64,000 bases of DNA from a virus (lineage: Duplodnaviria; Caudoviricetes), in the IMG/VR virus record IMGVR_UViG_3300027963_003275, positions 10,774 through 74,773 of that record; one strand, 5' to 3'. Under the pieces are notes generated by a model, which did no database searches, had not been told where the DNA came from, and saw nothing but the letters and a program-made list of their open reading frames with translations. Positions 28,975-38,056 of the stretch are shown here, one piece after another. The translations under genes and the position numbers were made by a program. Positions within the stretch are counted from its first letter, which is position 1. Every line of letters starts with the position of its first letter.

Positions 28975-29921
28975 TGATTATTGCAAGTTGTCCTTTAAGA
29001 ATATCTCTTTTTGGTGGATCTACTGATAATCCATATTTTGTTGAAAAATATGGTAAAGGTTCTGTGATAAGTTTTACATCCAACTTAAAAACTTACATTA
29101 CTTTACATGAAGATAAACTTGGGTATAATATGCAGGGTCGTAAGTATATTGTAAATTATTCTAAAAGAGAAGAGACTGAATTTGTTGGTGATATTAAGAA
29201 TGAACTTGTTCGTATTGTTTTGAATTATTTTGGATGTAAACCATTAACAGTGAGTATGACAAGTGATGCATATTCGCAGGGTAGTGGTTTGGCATCTTCG
29301 TCATCTTATATTATTTCTCTTATTAAGTGCATTTCAATCTTTAGTGAACTACATTTGACTGATACTGAAATTTGTAAATTATCTCTTAAATTAGAACAGG
29401 AAATGAATCCCTATTGTGGGTATCAAGATCCTTATGGTTGTGGTGTTGGTGGATTTAAAAGAATTGATTTTGAAAGAGGAGGTATTATTAAATATGACTT
29501 CTTATCAACAGATTTTTTTAAACATTATGATGCTCATTTGATTTTTACTGGAGTGACAAGAAACTCTAAAAATGTTCTTCAAGATGTGACTGCCAATATT
29601 GATAAATCTTTACCTTTACTTAAACTTGTGGATGATGCATATGATGCTTTAACGCAAAAAGACTATCCTTCATTTTTGGAACTATTGAATCAAAGTTGGG
29701 GACATAAAAAAGCAACGAGTTCTCTGATAACTGAAAATGAGCAAATACAAAAAATAGACAAAGTTCTTTCCAATAATAAAGACGTGATTGCTCATAAGTT
29801 GTGTGGTGCAGGTAATGGGGGGTTTTTTTTAGTTTTTTCAAAACCAAATACCTTGAAAATTCCTTACAAATCAATTAAAATAGATGTAGAATCGAGTGGT
29901 GTAGTTGGAACAAAATTATGA
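28974..29921 (+). CDS. hddA: GHMP kinase, HddA-like heptose-7-phosphate kinase
   Basis: PLRISLFGGSTD, GSGLASSS, GYQD, KLCGAGNGGF. Confidence 0.85.
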   Translation: MIIASCPLRISLFGGSTDNPYFVEKYGKGSVISFTSNLKTYITLHEDKLGYNMQGRKYIVNYSKREETEFVGDIKNELVRIVLNYFGCKPLTVSMTSDAYSQGSGLASSSSYIISLIKCISIFSELHLTDTEICKLSLKLEQEMNPYCGYQDPYGCGVGGFKRIDFERGGIIKYDFLSTDFFKHYDAHLIFTGVTRNSKNVLQDVTANIDKSLPLLKLVDDAYDALTQKDYPSFLELLNQSWGHKKATSSLITENEQIQKIDKVLSNNKDVIAHKLCGAGNGGFFLVFSKPNTLKIPYKSIKIDVESSGVVGTKL

Positions 29922-30421
29922 ATCCTTTTTTAAATTATATTAAAGCACTCCAAGGTGCTCATATTGAAGAGCAATTTTCTAAGTTTAAATGTGCCTTTAA
30001 CAACTATGACAATATTATAATTCTTGGTAATGGTGGAAGTAATTCAGTTGCATCACATATTTCTCAAGATTATGTGAAGTTTCACAATAAGAATTCTTTG
30101 GTTTTTTCTGATCCATCAATGCTTACGTGTTTTATTAATGATTTTGGAATGGAGAATGCATATTCTAAATTCCTTCAATATTATGCTAAGACAGATACTC
30201 TTTGTATTTTAATTAGTTCAGGTGGGGAATCTAAGAATATTATTAATTGTATCAGGTATTGTGAAAGTAATGCAATTCCTTATGGTATTTTAACTGGATT
30301 TAATTTTACAAATAAAGCAAGAAGTATTGCTAATAATGCTCTTTGGGACTATCATATTAATAGTAAAGATTATGGAATTGTTGAATGTGTACATCAAATA
30401 TTTCTTCATGGAGTTGTATGA
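29918..30421 (+). CDS. gmhA: phosphoheptose isomerase (SIS domain)
   Basis: GNGGSNSVASH, ND.G, ISSGGESKNI, E..HQ..LH. Confidence 0.85.
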   Translation: MNPFLNYIKALQGAHIEEQFSKFKCAFNNYDNIIILGNGGSNSVASHISQDYVKFHNKNSLVFSDPSMLTCFINDFGMENAYSKFLQYYAKTDTLCILISSGGESKNIINCIRYCESNAIPYGILTGFNFTNKARSIANNALWDYHINSKDYGIVECVHQIFLHGVV

Positions 30422-30849
30422 AAGGAATACTTGCTGGTGCATTTGATGTAATTCATCCTGGATATATTCGTATGTTTAAGGATGCTAAATTATATTGTAA
30501 TCATTTGACGGTTGCACTTCATGAAGATCCATCTGTAGAAAGATCACACAAACTTCAACCAATTCAAAGTGTTGAAGAAAGAATTGAAATTCTTAGAAGT
30601 ATCAAATATATTAATGATGTAGTCACTTATAAAATAGAAGAACAATATCTTGACTATTTGAACAGTGGTGAATATGATATGAGGTTTCTAGGTACTGATT
30701 ACAAAACCAGACCCTATACGGGACAAGATATTCCAATTGATATTGTTTGGTTAGATAGAGAATCCCATGAATATTCATCCACAAAATTAAAAACACAAAT
30801 TTACGAATCAGTTTTATTAAAAAAAATAGAAAATAAAAATTATGACTAA
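30418..30849 (+). CDS. cytidylyltransferase-superfamily nucleotidyltransferase (TagD/HldE C-terminal type)
   Basis: GAFDVIHPGY, ERIEIL, GTDY, YSSTKLK. Confidence 0.85.
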   Translation: MKGILAGAFDVIHPGYIRMFKDAKLYCNHLTVALHEDPSVERSHKLQPIQSVEERIEILRSIKYINDVVTYKIEEQYLDYLNSGEYDMRFLGTDYKTRPYTGQDIPIDIVWLDRESHEYSSTKLKTQIYESVLLKKIENKNYD

Positions 30850-31738
30850 ATGTTTAGTTACAGGAGCAGCAGGATTTATTGGTTCAAATCTTGTTGATGA
30901 ATTGATCAAACAGGGGCATCAAGTTATCGGAATTGATAATGAAAGTGCAGAATCCAATGAAGAATTTTATTGGAATAATAAATCTCAAAATTATAAGTAT
31001 GATATTTGTGATTATGAAAAAACTAGACCTCTTTATGATGGGGTTGATTATGTTTTTCATCTTGCCGCAGAATCACGTATTCAACCAGCAATTTTAAATC
31101 CAATTGAGGCAGTCACTAAAAATTGTGTTGGTACTTGTACTGTTCTTCAGTGTGCTAGAGAAGCAAGAGTGAAGAAAGTAATTTATTCATCTACATCTTC
31201 TGGTTATGGATTTAATGAACCACCAAATAACGAAAATCAACCTGATGATTGTTTAAATCCATATTCAGTATCCAAAGTTGCAGGGGAAAAACTTTGTAAA
31301 ATGTATAATGACTTGTTTGGACTTAAAACAGTTATTTTTAGGTACTTTAATGTTTATGGTGAAAGACAACCAATTAAAGGTCAATATGCTCCAGTAATTG
31401 GTATTTTCTTACGTCAACGAAAGGATGGTGAACCTCTTACAATCGTTGGTGATGGAGAACAACGTAGAGACTTCACACACGTATCTGATGTAGTTCAAGC
31501 AAATATTCTTGCGGCAACAAAAGATGTGAATGATGAATTTTATGGAGAACTTTATAATGTAGGTAATGGAGTTAATTATTCAATTAATGAAATTGCAAAT
31601 AATATTTCTGATAATCAAATAAATATTCCAGCAAGAATTGGTGAGTCAAGAACTACTCTTGCAAATAATGGAAAATTGAGAACCATTTTTGGATGGAGAC
31701 CTCAAGTAAATTTAATGGATTGGATTAAAACTCAATGA
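30842..31738 (+). CDS. NAD-dependent sugar epimerase/dehydratase
   Basis: TGAAGFIGS, HLAA, PYSVSK, RYFNVYG, GDGEQRRDF. Confidence 0.92.
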   Translation: MTKCLVTGAAGFIGSNLVDELIKQGHQVIGIDNESAESNEEFYWNNKSQNYKYDICDYEKTRPLYDGVDYVFHLAAESRIQPAILNPIEAVTKNCVGTCTVLQCAREARVKKVIYSSTSSGYGFNEPPNNENQPDDCLNPYSVSKVAGEKLCKMYNDLFGLKTVIFRYFNVYGERQPIKGQYAPVIGIFLRQRKDGEPLTIVGDGEQRRDFTHVSDVVQANILAATKDVNDEFYGELYNVGNGVNYSINEIANNISDNQINIPARIGESRTTLANNGKLRTIFGWRPQVNLMDWIKTQ

Positions 31739-32433
31739 ATTTATTAATAGAATATTTTAGATCTGATGATTATCAGAGACATAGTGAATATCTTACTTGC
31801 ATTCACGAGAATTTAGAAAATGAACATATTGAAAAAATATATGTTTTTGTTTCCGATGATTCTAAATTAAATTTTAAATCAGATAAATTGGAAATTGTCC
31901 AAATAGATGAACGTCCTACATACAAAGATTTATTTGAGTTTTGTAATACAAATTTAAATAATCAAATTTGTATTATTTCAAATGCAGATATTATTTTTGA
32001 TGATACTATATCAAATCTAAAAGAAGTTAATCTTCTGGAGGTCTTTATTGCTCTGACTAGATGGGAAGTATTTTGTGAAAATGGTGAATGGTGTATCGCA
32101 CCATTTAATAATTCATCATCTCAGGATGTATGGGCATTCCAAACCCCAATCAAAGTTACAGACGAAATGAATTTCCATCTTGGAAAACCTAGATGTGATA
32201 ATAAGATTGCAAAATTAATATCAGAAAATTATGAAATTCGTAACCCAGGACTTCAAATTATAACTTCCCATTTTCACATGTCTGGATATAGAACTTATTC
32301 TGGTAACGAAGGAATGCCTGGACCTTATCTTTGTCTAGCTCCAAACGATGACATTAATAAAAAAACAGAATATATTGAAATTGATGGATTTCATGAAAAT
32401 GGAATGGCTTATAGGATAGAAAAAAATCAATAA
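31735..32433 (+). CDS. hypothetical GT-A-like protein
   Basis: ISNADIIFD DxD-like motif, ALTRW, SQDVW, CDN. Confidence 0.55.
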   Translation: MNLLIEYFRSDDYQRHSEYLTCIHENLENEHIEKIYVFVSDDSKLNFKSDKLEIVQIDERPTYKDLFEFCNTNLNNQICIISNADIIFDDTISNLKEVNLLEVFIALTRWEVFCENGEWCIAPFNNSSSQDVWAFQTPIKVTDEMNFHLGKPRCDNKIAKLISENYEIRNPGLQIITSHFHMSGYRTYSGNEGMPGPYLCLAPNDDINKKTEYIEIDGFHENGMAYRIEKNQ

Positions 32434-32446
32434 TATAATGTGGTGC

Positions 32447-32475
32447 TTGACACCTCTTTATATTTGCTATATACT
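32447..32475 (+). promoter_or_regulatory. sigma70-type promoter for hli
   Basis: TTGACA-N17-TATACT. Confidence 0.8.
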
Positions 32476-32502
32476 ATTGTTGTAGAACTTTACAAAACTT
32501 AA

Positions 32503-32712
32503 ATGACTGTAACGACTAATGATCGTGGGCAACAAAACATGTTTGCCAAAGAACCAACAATGTACATTACGGAGAAAGACATGCAACAAAATGAAGTTGA
32601 AACTTATGCAGAACGGGCAGAAAAACTAAACGGAAGATTTGCGATGATGGGATTTGTCGCAGCAGTGATTTCATATGTAACCACTGGGCAACTAGTTCCT
32701 GGAGTATGGTGA
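32503..32712 (+). CDS. hli: high-light inducible protein
   Basis: AEKLNGRFAMMGF chlorophyll-binding motif; TGQLVPG tail. Confidence 0.95.
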   Translation: MTVTTNDRGQQNMFAKEPTMYITEKDMQQNEVETYAERAEKLNGRFAMMGFVAAVISYVTTGQLVPGVW

Positions 32713-32740
32713 AATACTAATAAAATAAGTAATCATACTT

Positions 32741-32774
32741 ATCCCCGCTCTAAATACGAGTGGGGATTTTTTTT
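32741..32774 (+). terminator. intrinsic terminator with late-promoter-like loop
   Basis: ATCCCCGCTC-TAAATAC-GAGTGGGGAT then T tract. Confidence 0.8.
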
Positions 32775-32881
32775 ATTTGGATGATTTATCATATTTTCCA
32801 AATTTATTTTTCAATTTTTGTTGTTGTTTTGTTAATAAAAGCAGCAATCTCTAAATAGGATAGTGTTATAAATGAGGTAAA

Positions 32882-33562
32882 ATGACCTTAGATCTTCATA
32901 ACTTTTTTAAGTATTATGATGATAAGAATGCAAATCACGTAGCAGCAGTGCAATGGTTAGAGGATAATCTTCCTGCTGAATATATGGATGATTCGGAAAC
33001 AGATTGGGTAAAAATTTTTAGAACCAAACCACCAACTCCTGCAGTTCTTGCAGTTCCTTATTTCAATCAAGTAGATAACTATAGAGATGCTCACCGTACT
33101 TGTAATAGTTCTTCTTGTGCCATGTGCCTTGAGTTTTTAAAACCAGGTACGCTCAAAGGAGCAAAGGGTGATGATGCTTATGTTCAAAAAGTATTTGCAA
33201 TTGGAGACTCAACAGATCATGCGGTTCAAACCCGTGTTCTTGAAGGTTATGGTGTTAAGTCACATTTCAGTTACAATCTTTCTTTTGCTGATATTGATAA
33301 GAGTTTATCTGCTGGTAAACCTGTCGTTATTGGTATTCTTCATAGGGGTTCTCTTTCTGCACCTACTGGTGGGCACATGGTTGTAGTGATTGGTACTACT
33401 CCAGATGGTAAAGGTTATTATATCAATGACCCTTATGGTTCATTGAATGATAATTATACTGGTCCTGTAACCAATGGACAAAAGACCATTTATACCAAAG
33501 CAGTACTCAAACATCGTTGGTGCCCAGGGGGCAATGACGGTTGGGGTCGTATTTTTCATTAA
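32882..33562 (+). CDS. C39-like cysteine peptidase (putative endolysin) with N-terminal accessory domain
   Basis: VPYFNQ, CNSSSCAM, GGHMVVVIG, INDPYG. Confidence 0.82.
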   Translation: MTLDLHNFFKYYDDKNANHVAAVQWLEDNLPAEYMDDSETDWVKIFRTKPPTPAVLAVPYFNQVDNYRDAHRTCNSSSCAMCLEFLKPGTLKGAKGDDAYVQKVFAIGDSTDHAVQTRVLEGYGVKSHFSYNLSFADIDKSLSAGKPVVIGILHRGSLSAPTGGHMVVVIGTTPDGKGYYINDPYGSLNDNYTGPVTNGQKTIYTKAVLKHRWCPGGNDGWGRIFH

Positions 33563-33581
33563 TCATTAAGGAGAAAAGACA

Positions 33582-34247
33582 ATGGCAAAAGTAGATTTAC
33601 ATAACTTTTTTAAGTTTTATGATGAGAAGAACCCCAACCATGTGAAGGGTATTCAGTGGTTGGAAGATCATTTACCCGTCAAGTATCTTGAAGATGATGT
33701 TGAATGGGCAGAAATCTATAGAGGAAAAAAGCATAGTGCTGTAGCAGCATCTGCTCCTGCCGTTACAGCATCTGGTGGTGATGATATGCCTATGATGGGA
33801 CTAAAACTCATCAAAGAGTTTGAAGGATGTAGATTAAATGCTTATCCTGATCCTCTTTCTGGAGGACTTCCAATCACAATTGGTTGGGGTGGAACTCGTA
33901 AGAAAGATGGGTCACCATTTCACATAGGTGATAAGATTACTCAAGCAGAAGCAGATGAACTTTTAATTGAAGAATGTAAGCACAACTTTCTTCCATCACT
34001 TCGTAAAATCCCACATTGGGGTGAAATGTCTGATGGTAAAAGAGGAGCTCTACTCAGCTTTGCCTATAATTTGGGTGCTGGTTTTTATGGTAGTGGTGAT
34101 TTTAATACTATCACTAAAAGACTGAAGAATAAAGAATGGGACTTAGTTCCCGATGCGCTTTACTTATACAGAAATCCTGGATCTAATGTAGAAGCAGGAT
34201 TAGCACGTAGAAGAAAAGCAGAAGGTGAATCTTGGAAAAAAGGTTAA
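33582..34247 (+). CDS. GH24 lysozyme/endolysin with N-terminal accessory domain
   Basis: LIKEFEGCRLNAYPD, TIGWG, ALLSFAYNLG, GLARRRKAE. Confidence 0.92.
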   Translation: MAKVDLHNFFKFYDEKNPNHVKGIQWLEDHLPVKYLEDDVEWAEIYRGKKHSAVAASAPAVTASGGDDMPMMGLKLIKEFEGCRLNAYPDPLSGGLPITIGWGGTRKKDGSPFHIGDKITQAEADELLIEECKHNFLPSLRKIPHWGEMSDGKRGALLSFAYNLGAGFYGSGDFNTITKRLKNKEWDLVPDALYLYRNPGSNVEAGLARRRKAEGESWKKG

Positions 34248-34265
34248 CCTATTCACAAAGGAAAA

Positions 34266-34628
34266 ATGACTAACAAGAAAAACGAAAATGCTATGGGACA
34301 ATTAATTCGTATATGTATCTTGGGTTGGTCTGCTGCTCTTCTTACAGCAAGTTATGCTGGTACTTTATCTAAGATGGATCCCACATTCATTGCTACAGTC
34401 TTCACTGCATCTGCTGCCACTTTTGGTATTAATACAATGAAGAAAGGTGGTGATGAGGAGGATGAAAAGAAAGGAGAACCAAAGAGAGAAGAGTTTGTAG
34501 AAATTCCTCCAGAACCACCTGTTTCACCAGAACCAGATGTTTCAGCAAATGCTGAAACAACAACATCCCTTGAAGAAAGAGTTGAAGCATTGGAAGAAGG
34601 TTTTGTTCAACCTCGCACAGGGGCATAA
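34266..34628 (+). CDS. two-TM membrane protein with charged tail (holin candidate)
   Basis: Two hydrophobic segments then an acidic Pro-rich tail; directly after endolysin. Confidence 0.5.
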   Translation: MTNKKNENAMGQLIRICILGWSAALLTASYAGTLSKMDPTFIATVFTASAATFGINTMKKGGDEEDEKKGEPKREEFVEIPPEPPVSPEPDVSANAETTTSLEERVEALEEGFVQPRTGA

Positions 34629-34732
34629 TGGCAAAATCAGTAAACAAAGGCAAGAAAGATTCCAATGGTTCCAAACAGAATCAAGGGAATGCTACAGCAA
34701 AGAAAGCAAAGAATGGTGGCAAGAAAAAATGA
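34628..34732 (+). CDS. small very basic peptide (34 aa, not in ORF track)
   Basis: TAATG coupling; MAKSVNKGKKDSNGSKQNQGNATAKKAKNGGKKK*. Confidence 0.55.
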   Translation: MAKSVNKGKKDSNGSKQNQGNATAKKAKNGGKKK

Positions 34733-34738
34733 GGACTT

Positions 34739-34933
34739 ATGGCAAGAGAGTGGAACACTCCCAAACGTGAGTGTTGGAATAAACCAATACATCAAATACT
34801 TAAAGCCATAGATAACCACACCCGTCTTCATTTGGAGACGGGTAATTTTTGGCATGAGGAACAGGCACAGATACTAAGAAAGTATGTTAAAGATTTAAAA
34901 GTTTTTATACACAAAGAGGAAGGAAGAGAATGA
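34739..34933 (+). CDS. hypothetical protein
   Basis: 64-aa ORF with GAGG RBS. Confidence 0.7.
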   Translation: MAREWNTPKRECWNKPIHQILKAIDNHTRLHLETGNFWHEEQAQILRKYVKDLKVFIHKEEGRE

Positions 34934-35040
34934 CTGATTTTCCTTGGGGAGTTTGCATAATTATCGGTTCTGGTTTAATTTTTACTTGTTATTGTATTTA
35001 CTATATACTAAGAATGGCATATTTAGAGGAAAGGGAATGA
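34930..35040 (+). CDS. small single-TM protein (36 aa, not in ORF track)
   Basis: ATGA overlaps at both ends; MTDFPWGVCIIIGSGLIFTCYCIYYILRMAYLEERE*. Confidence 0.6.
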   Translation: MTDFPWGVCIIIGSGLIFTCYCIYYILRMAYLEERE

Positions 35041-35261
35041 AAGAACTATCACTAATTCTATCAGCACTCAGTTTAACTGTATCTTTAGGTTTAGCAGTTG
35101 GTGCTTATATAACCTACAAAAAAGCAGAAACGATTATCAATCACCCAGAAGACTTTGTAAGTTCCATCGTAGATAAAGTTGTGGAAGAACAAGTCGGCAA
35201 AGCATTTCAAAAATTACCCATTCCCAACCTAAATACTTCGAAGTTTAAGTTACCATTCTGA
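35037..35261 (+). CDS. hypothetical membrane-anchored protein
   Basis: Start at internal ATG 35037; N-terminal hydrophobic helix. Confidence 0.65.
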   Translation: MKELSLILSALSLTVSLGLAVGAYITYKKAETIINHPEDFVSSIVDKVVEEQVGKAFQKLPIPNLNTSKFKLPF

Positions 35262-35680
35262 TGGATAATAAGGATCCTTATATTTACAGAATCAAACAGA
35301 TTTTAAAAGTAGTTGATGGTGATACGATTGACGCATCAATAGATTTGGGGTTTGATATTGCATTAGAAAAAAGAATTCGTCTTGCTGGTGTAGATACTCC
35401 CGAATCAAGAACGGCAGATGTTAATGAGAAAAAGTATGGGATTGAGTCAAAAGAATGGTTGAAGCATAAAATAGAAAATGCTAAGAACATTTTAATTAAA
35501 ACTGAGCTTCCAGATAGTACTGAGAAGTATGGAAGAATTATTGGTCACCTATTCATTAATGACCAAACAAACTCACTTAATGAACAAATGATTGATGCTG
35601 GCATGGCCTGGTCTTACGATGGAGGTACAAAGAAGAAAAACTTTGCTGAATTAGATGCCAAACGTACCAGAAATTCCTGA
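35261..35680 (+). CDS. thermonuclease (SNase-like)
   Basis: VVDGDTID, RIRLAGVDTPES, KYGRIIG, LNEQMI..G.A. Confidence 0.9.
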   Translation: MDNKDPYIYRIKQILKVVDGDTIDASIDLGFDIALEKRIRLAGVDTPESRTADVNEKKYGIESKEWLKHKIENAKNILIKTELPDSTEKYGRIIGHLFINDQTNSLNEQMIDAGMAWSYDGGTKKKNFAELDAKRTRNS

Positions 35681-36383
35681 TATAAAAACAAATAGTATAG
35701 AAACACCAAGGGTGGAGGTTCCAGTTATTCGTAATTTGGAACCTCCACCTATTCTTATACCAATTAATAGAACACTTCCAAAACCTATTGTGGATGTTCC
35801 TATGGATGGTATTCCAAACTATGAACCTATTGATGCTCCTACAACTGAAGAGTTTAGGAAAATGGTAAATGCCCAACAAGAACCAAAGAAAGAAGAAGAA
35901 ATACAAGATAAATCCAGAGGACTTCCAGACACTAAATCAATTACTGATACTTTAAAACAAGCACCAATTTCATTACCACCACAACAACAGAAGATTGATT
36001 CTTCAACACCAGAAATAGATGCTCCGACTATTAATGTTCCTTATATTGGACCAATTCCAGTCCCCTCTACACAAACGGTTGTATTATCTGGCACCACTGC
36101 TACTGCTAGTGTTGCTGCGGCTCTTATTGGCAAATCTTTGGTTGAACAGTTGGTAAAAGTTTTAAAACCACCTATTCAGCAGATCTTTGTGCGGGCAAAG
36201 CAATTGATGAACCGAGATCTGACGCCTTACGAGACTCAGTTGCTTTTTGCTTTTGAACTGGATAAGAAGACTTCAAAACTTTTGAAGAAGGAACAGAAGG
36301 CTGAGAGATTACGCCAGAGAAAGGCATTTGCTGAATCACAACGACATCCGCACATATCTTTGCATAAGGAGAAGAAGGAATAA
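35655..36383 (+). CDS. Pro-rich hypothetical protein with hydrophobic segment
   Basis: 242-aa ORF; TTATASVAAALIG segment followed by a basic tail. Confidence 0.65.
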   Translation: MPNVPEIPDIKTNSIETPRVEVPVIRNLEPPPILIPINRTLPKPIVDVPMDGIPNYEPIDAPTTEEFRKMVNAQQEPKKEEEIQDKSRGLPDTKSITDTLKQAPISLPPQQQKIDSSTPEIDAPTINVPYIGPIPVPSTQTVVLSGTTATASVAAALIGKSLVEQLVKVLKPPIQQIFVRAKQLMNRDLTPYETQLLFAFELDKKTSKLLKKEQKAERLRQRKAFAESQRHPHISLHKEKKE

Positions 36384-36894
36384 AGAAGATACCTGCTTTC
36401 TTTGCTTCTCCACATTTTAATAATCTTACAAGTTCAAAATCCAATCGTGCTTTATCAGTTTCTGCTTGTTGTCTAGCAGTCCAAGTATCTGCTGCTGTCT
36501 TGCATCTTGCTTGTAATCCACCATCTAATGGAAATGATAAGGTAGCAGATAATCCATAATTATTTGCAAAACTATCTTTTTGACCAGTTCTTTCCAATCC
36601 ATTTATTCCGGTAGTTGGATCATTATCAATATCGGCATATGCTTCAAAAGGTCTTGAACCACTTTTAGATGTGGTCATAAAGGGAGTAAGATTAAACGTT
36701 GGTCCCTGACAACTTACTCCACCACCGTATGAATTGGTCACGTATGGACCCTGTAAGACTTGTACTGCTTGGTTTGTTACACTTCCTGTTGATGTTGCCT
36801 GAGGATTTGCAATTGCAGTTACAGGAGTATCCCCCTCTGCATACGCAGGGAGAACAAAGACACTTAGGGCAAGGATTACTTTGAGACATTTCAT
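36172..36894 (-). CDS. hypothetical secreted protein
   Basis: Signal peptide (..PAYA/E), beta-rich region then coiled coil with Cys. Confidence 0.7.
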   Translation of the reverse strand: MKCLKVILALSVFVLPAYAEGDTPVTAIANPQATSTGSVTNQAVQVLQGPYVTNSYGGGVSCQGPTFNLTPFMTTSKSGSRPFEAYADIDNDPTTGINGLERTGQKDSFANNYGLSATLSFPLDGGLQARCKTAADTWTARQQAETDKARLDFELVRLLKCGEAKKAGIFFIPSSPYAKICADVVVIQQMPFSGVISQPSVPSSKVLKSSYPVQKQKATESRKASDLGSSIALPAQRSAE

Positions 36895-36895
36895 C

Positions 36896-37255
36896 TTACT
36901 GGGTAAATACTGACATTGAATCTGTAACAGATTGAATTGTCGTGGTTCTATTGACTGTTGTATCTTTAATCAATCCAGGACCCATATAAGTTTCTGAAAA
37001 CTGAAATGGTTGTCCTTGGTTCACAATAGAATATCCTGCTCCAAGAGTTGGAGTTCCTGGAATATTGATATTTGTTCCAGTAACTGTATAACTAAATCCA
37101 GTTTGGAAATCTTGTTGTCTAATTATCTCATTTACTGTTGTGGTGGATTCAGTATGAGAAGTTACAGTACCACTAGTAAAGTTTGGTGTGACTGGAGCTG
37201 CTAGGGATGGTAAAGAAAACCCTAGCAGACAAATGCCTGCTAGGATATGTTTCAC
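36896..37255 (-). CDS. hypothetical secreted beta-rich protein
   Basis: Signal peptide, Thr-rich strands; tightly coupled to neighbours. Confidence 0.75.
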   Translation of the reverse strand: MKHILAGICLLGFSLPSLAAPVTPNFTSGTVTSHTESTTTVNEIIRQQDFQTGFSYTVTGTNINIPGTPTLGAGYSIVNQGQPFQFSETYMGPGLIKDTTVNRTTTIQSVTDSMSVFTQ

Positions 37256-37746
37256 TTGAATACGCTCAGTTCTACACTACGTTGACCAATAGCAGTGGTT
37301 CCAGCACCACCACCAGTAACTGTAAGAGCACCAGTAGTTGTATCAATTGTACCTGCAAGAGTACCTTTCTCACCTGCTACTTGTGTTGTATTCTTACCAT
37401 ATAGAGTTGGTGATGCAATTGCACCATTAGTAACTGTCTGTGATGAAACAGTACTGTCTCCAACGTTTAGTGATTCTGTAAATGAGAATGCCTGACCATC
37501 ATTATTGATAGCATAAGTACCAGCACTCATCGTTGCTGCTGCACTTGATGTGCCACCAGTCAATCCACCAAGTGCCGAGACACCGATGTTAGTTCCACCA
37601 ACTGCGTAGGAACTACCAATTCTTTCTGTTTGTACCGCTGCACCCTGTACTGTTAATTGAACGGAATCAGTGATTCTTGATGTAATTTCACCTGCAAAAA
37701 CAGGAGTAGTTAAGAATAACGAAAAGGCTAATAGAAGTCTTTTCAT
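37252..37746 (-). CDS. hypothetical secreted beta-rich protein
   Basis: Start MKRLLLAFSLFLTTPVFA at 37746; GATAAATA upstream on minus strand. Confidence 0.75.
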   Translation of the reverse strand: MKRLLLAFSLFLTTPVFAGEITSRITDSVQLTVQGAAVQTERIGSSYAVGGTNIGVSALGGLTGGTSSAAATMSAGTYAINNDGQAFSFTESLNVGDSTVSSQTVTNGAIASPTLYGKNTTQVAGEKGTLAGTIDTTTGALTVTGGGAGTTAIGQRSVELSVFK

Positions 37747-37844
37747 TTTTCTATGTTTAATAGGACTATTAGTATTTATCGTCACCATTTTCATATTTGA
37801 CTACTTATGGTATAGTATAAATAAGTCGAACTTATTAAATTTTT

Positions 37845-38051
37845 ATGACTGAACAACAAGAACATCTTGCAAATCTTATAAAGCAAGCACAAGACCTATC
37901 CCTTGAATTGGAAGGACTACAAACCAAGGCTACAGTAAAAAGAGAACTATTTTTGAAAGTACAAGGTGCGATTGAGTATCTTACACAAACAGGTGTATCC
38001 CTCCCAGAACCAGAACCCGAAGAAATCCCACTACCAGAAGTAGCAGAATGA
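37845..38051 (+). CDS. hypothetical coiled-coil protein
   Basis: TATAAATA late promoter at 37816-37823; 68-aa ORF. Confidence 0.7.
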   Translation: MTEQQEHLANLIKQAQDLSLELEGLQTKATVKRELFLKVQGAIEYLTQTGVSLPEPEPEEIPLPEVAE

Positions 38052-38056
38052 TGCAC

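Noticed and set aside
32782-32859. 25-aa hydrophobic ORF between hli and the peptidase
   Set aside because: Too short, no clear RBS, and T-rich sequence produces hydrophobic ORFs by chance
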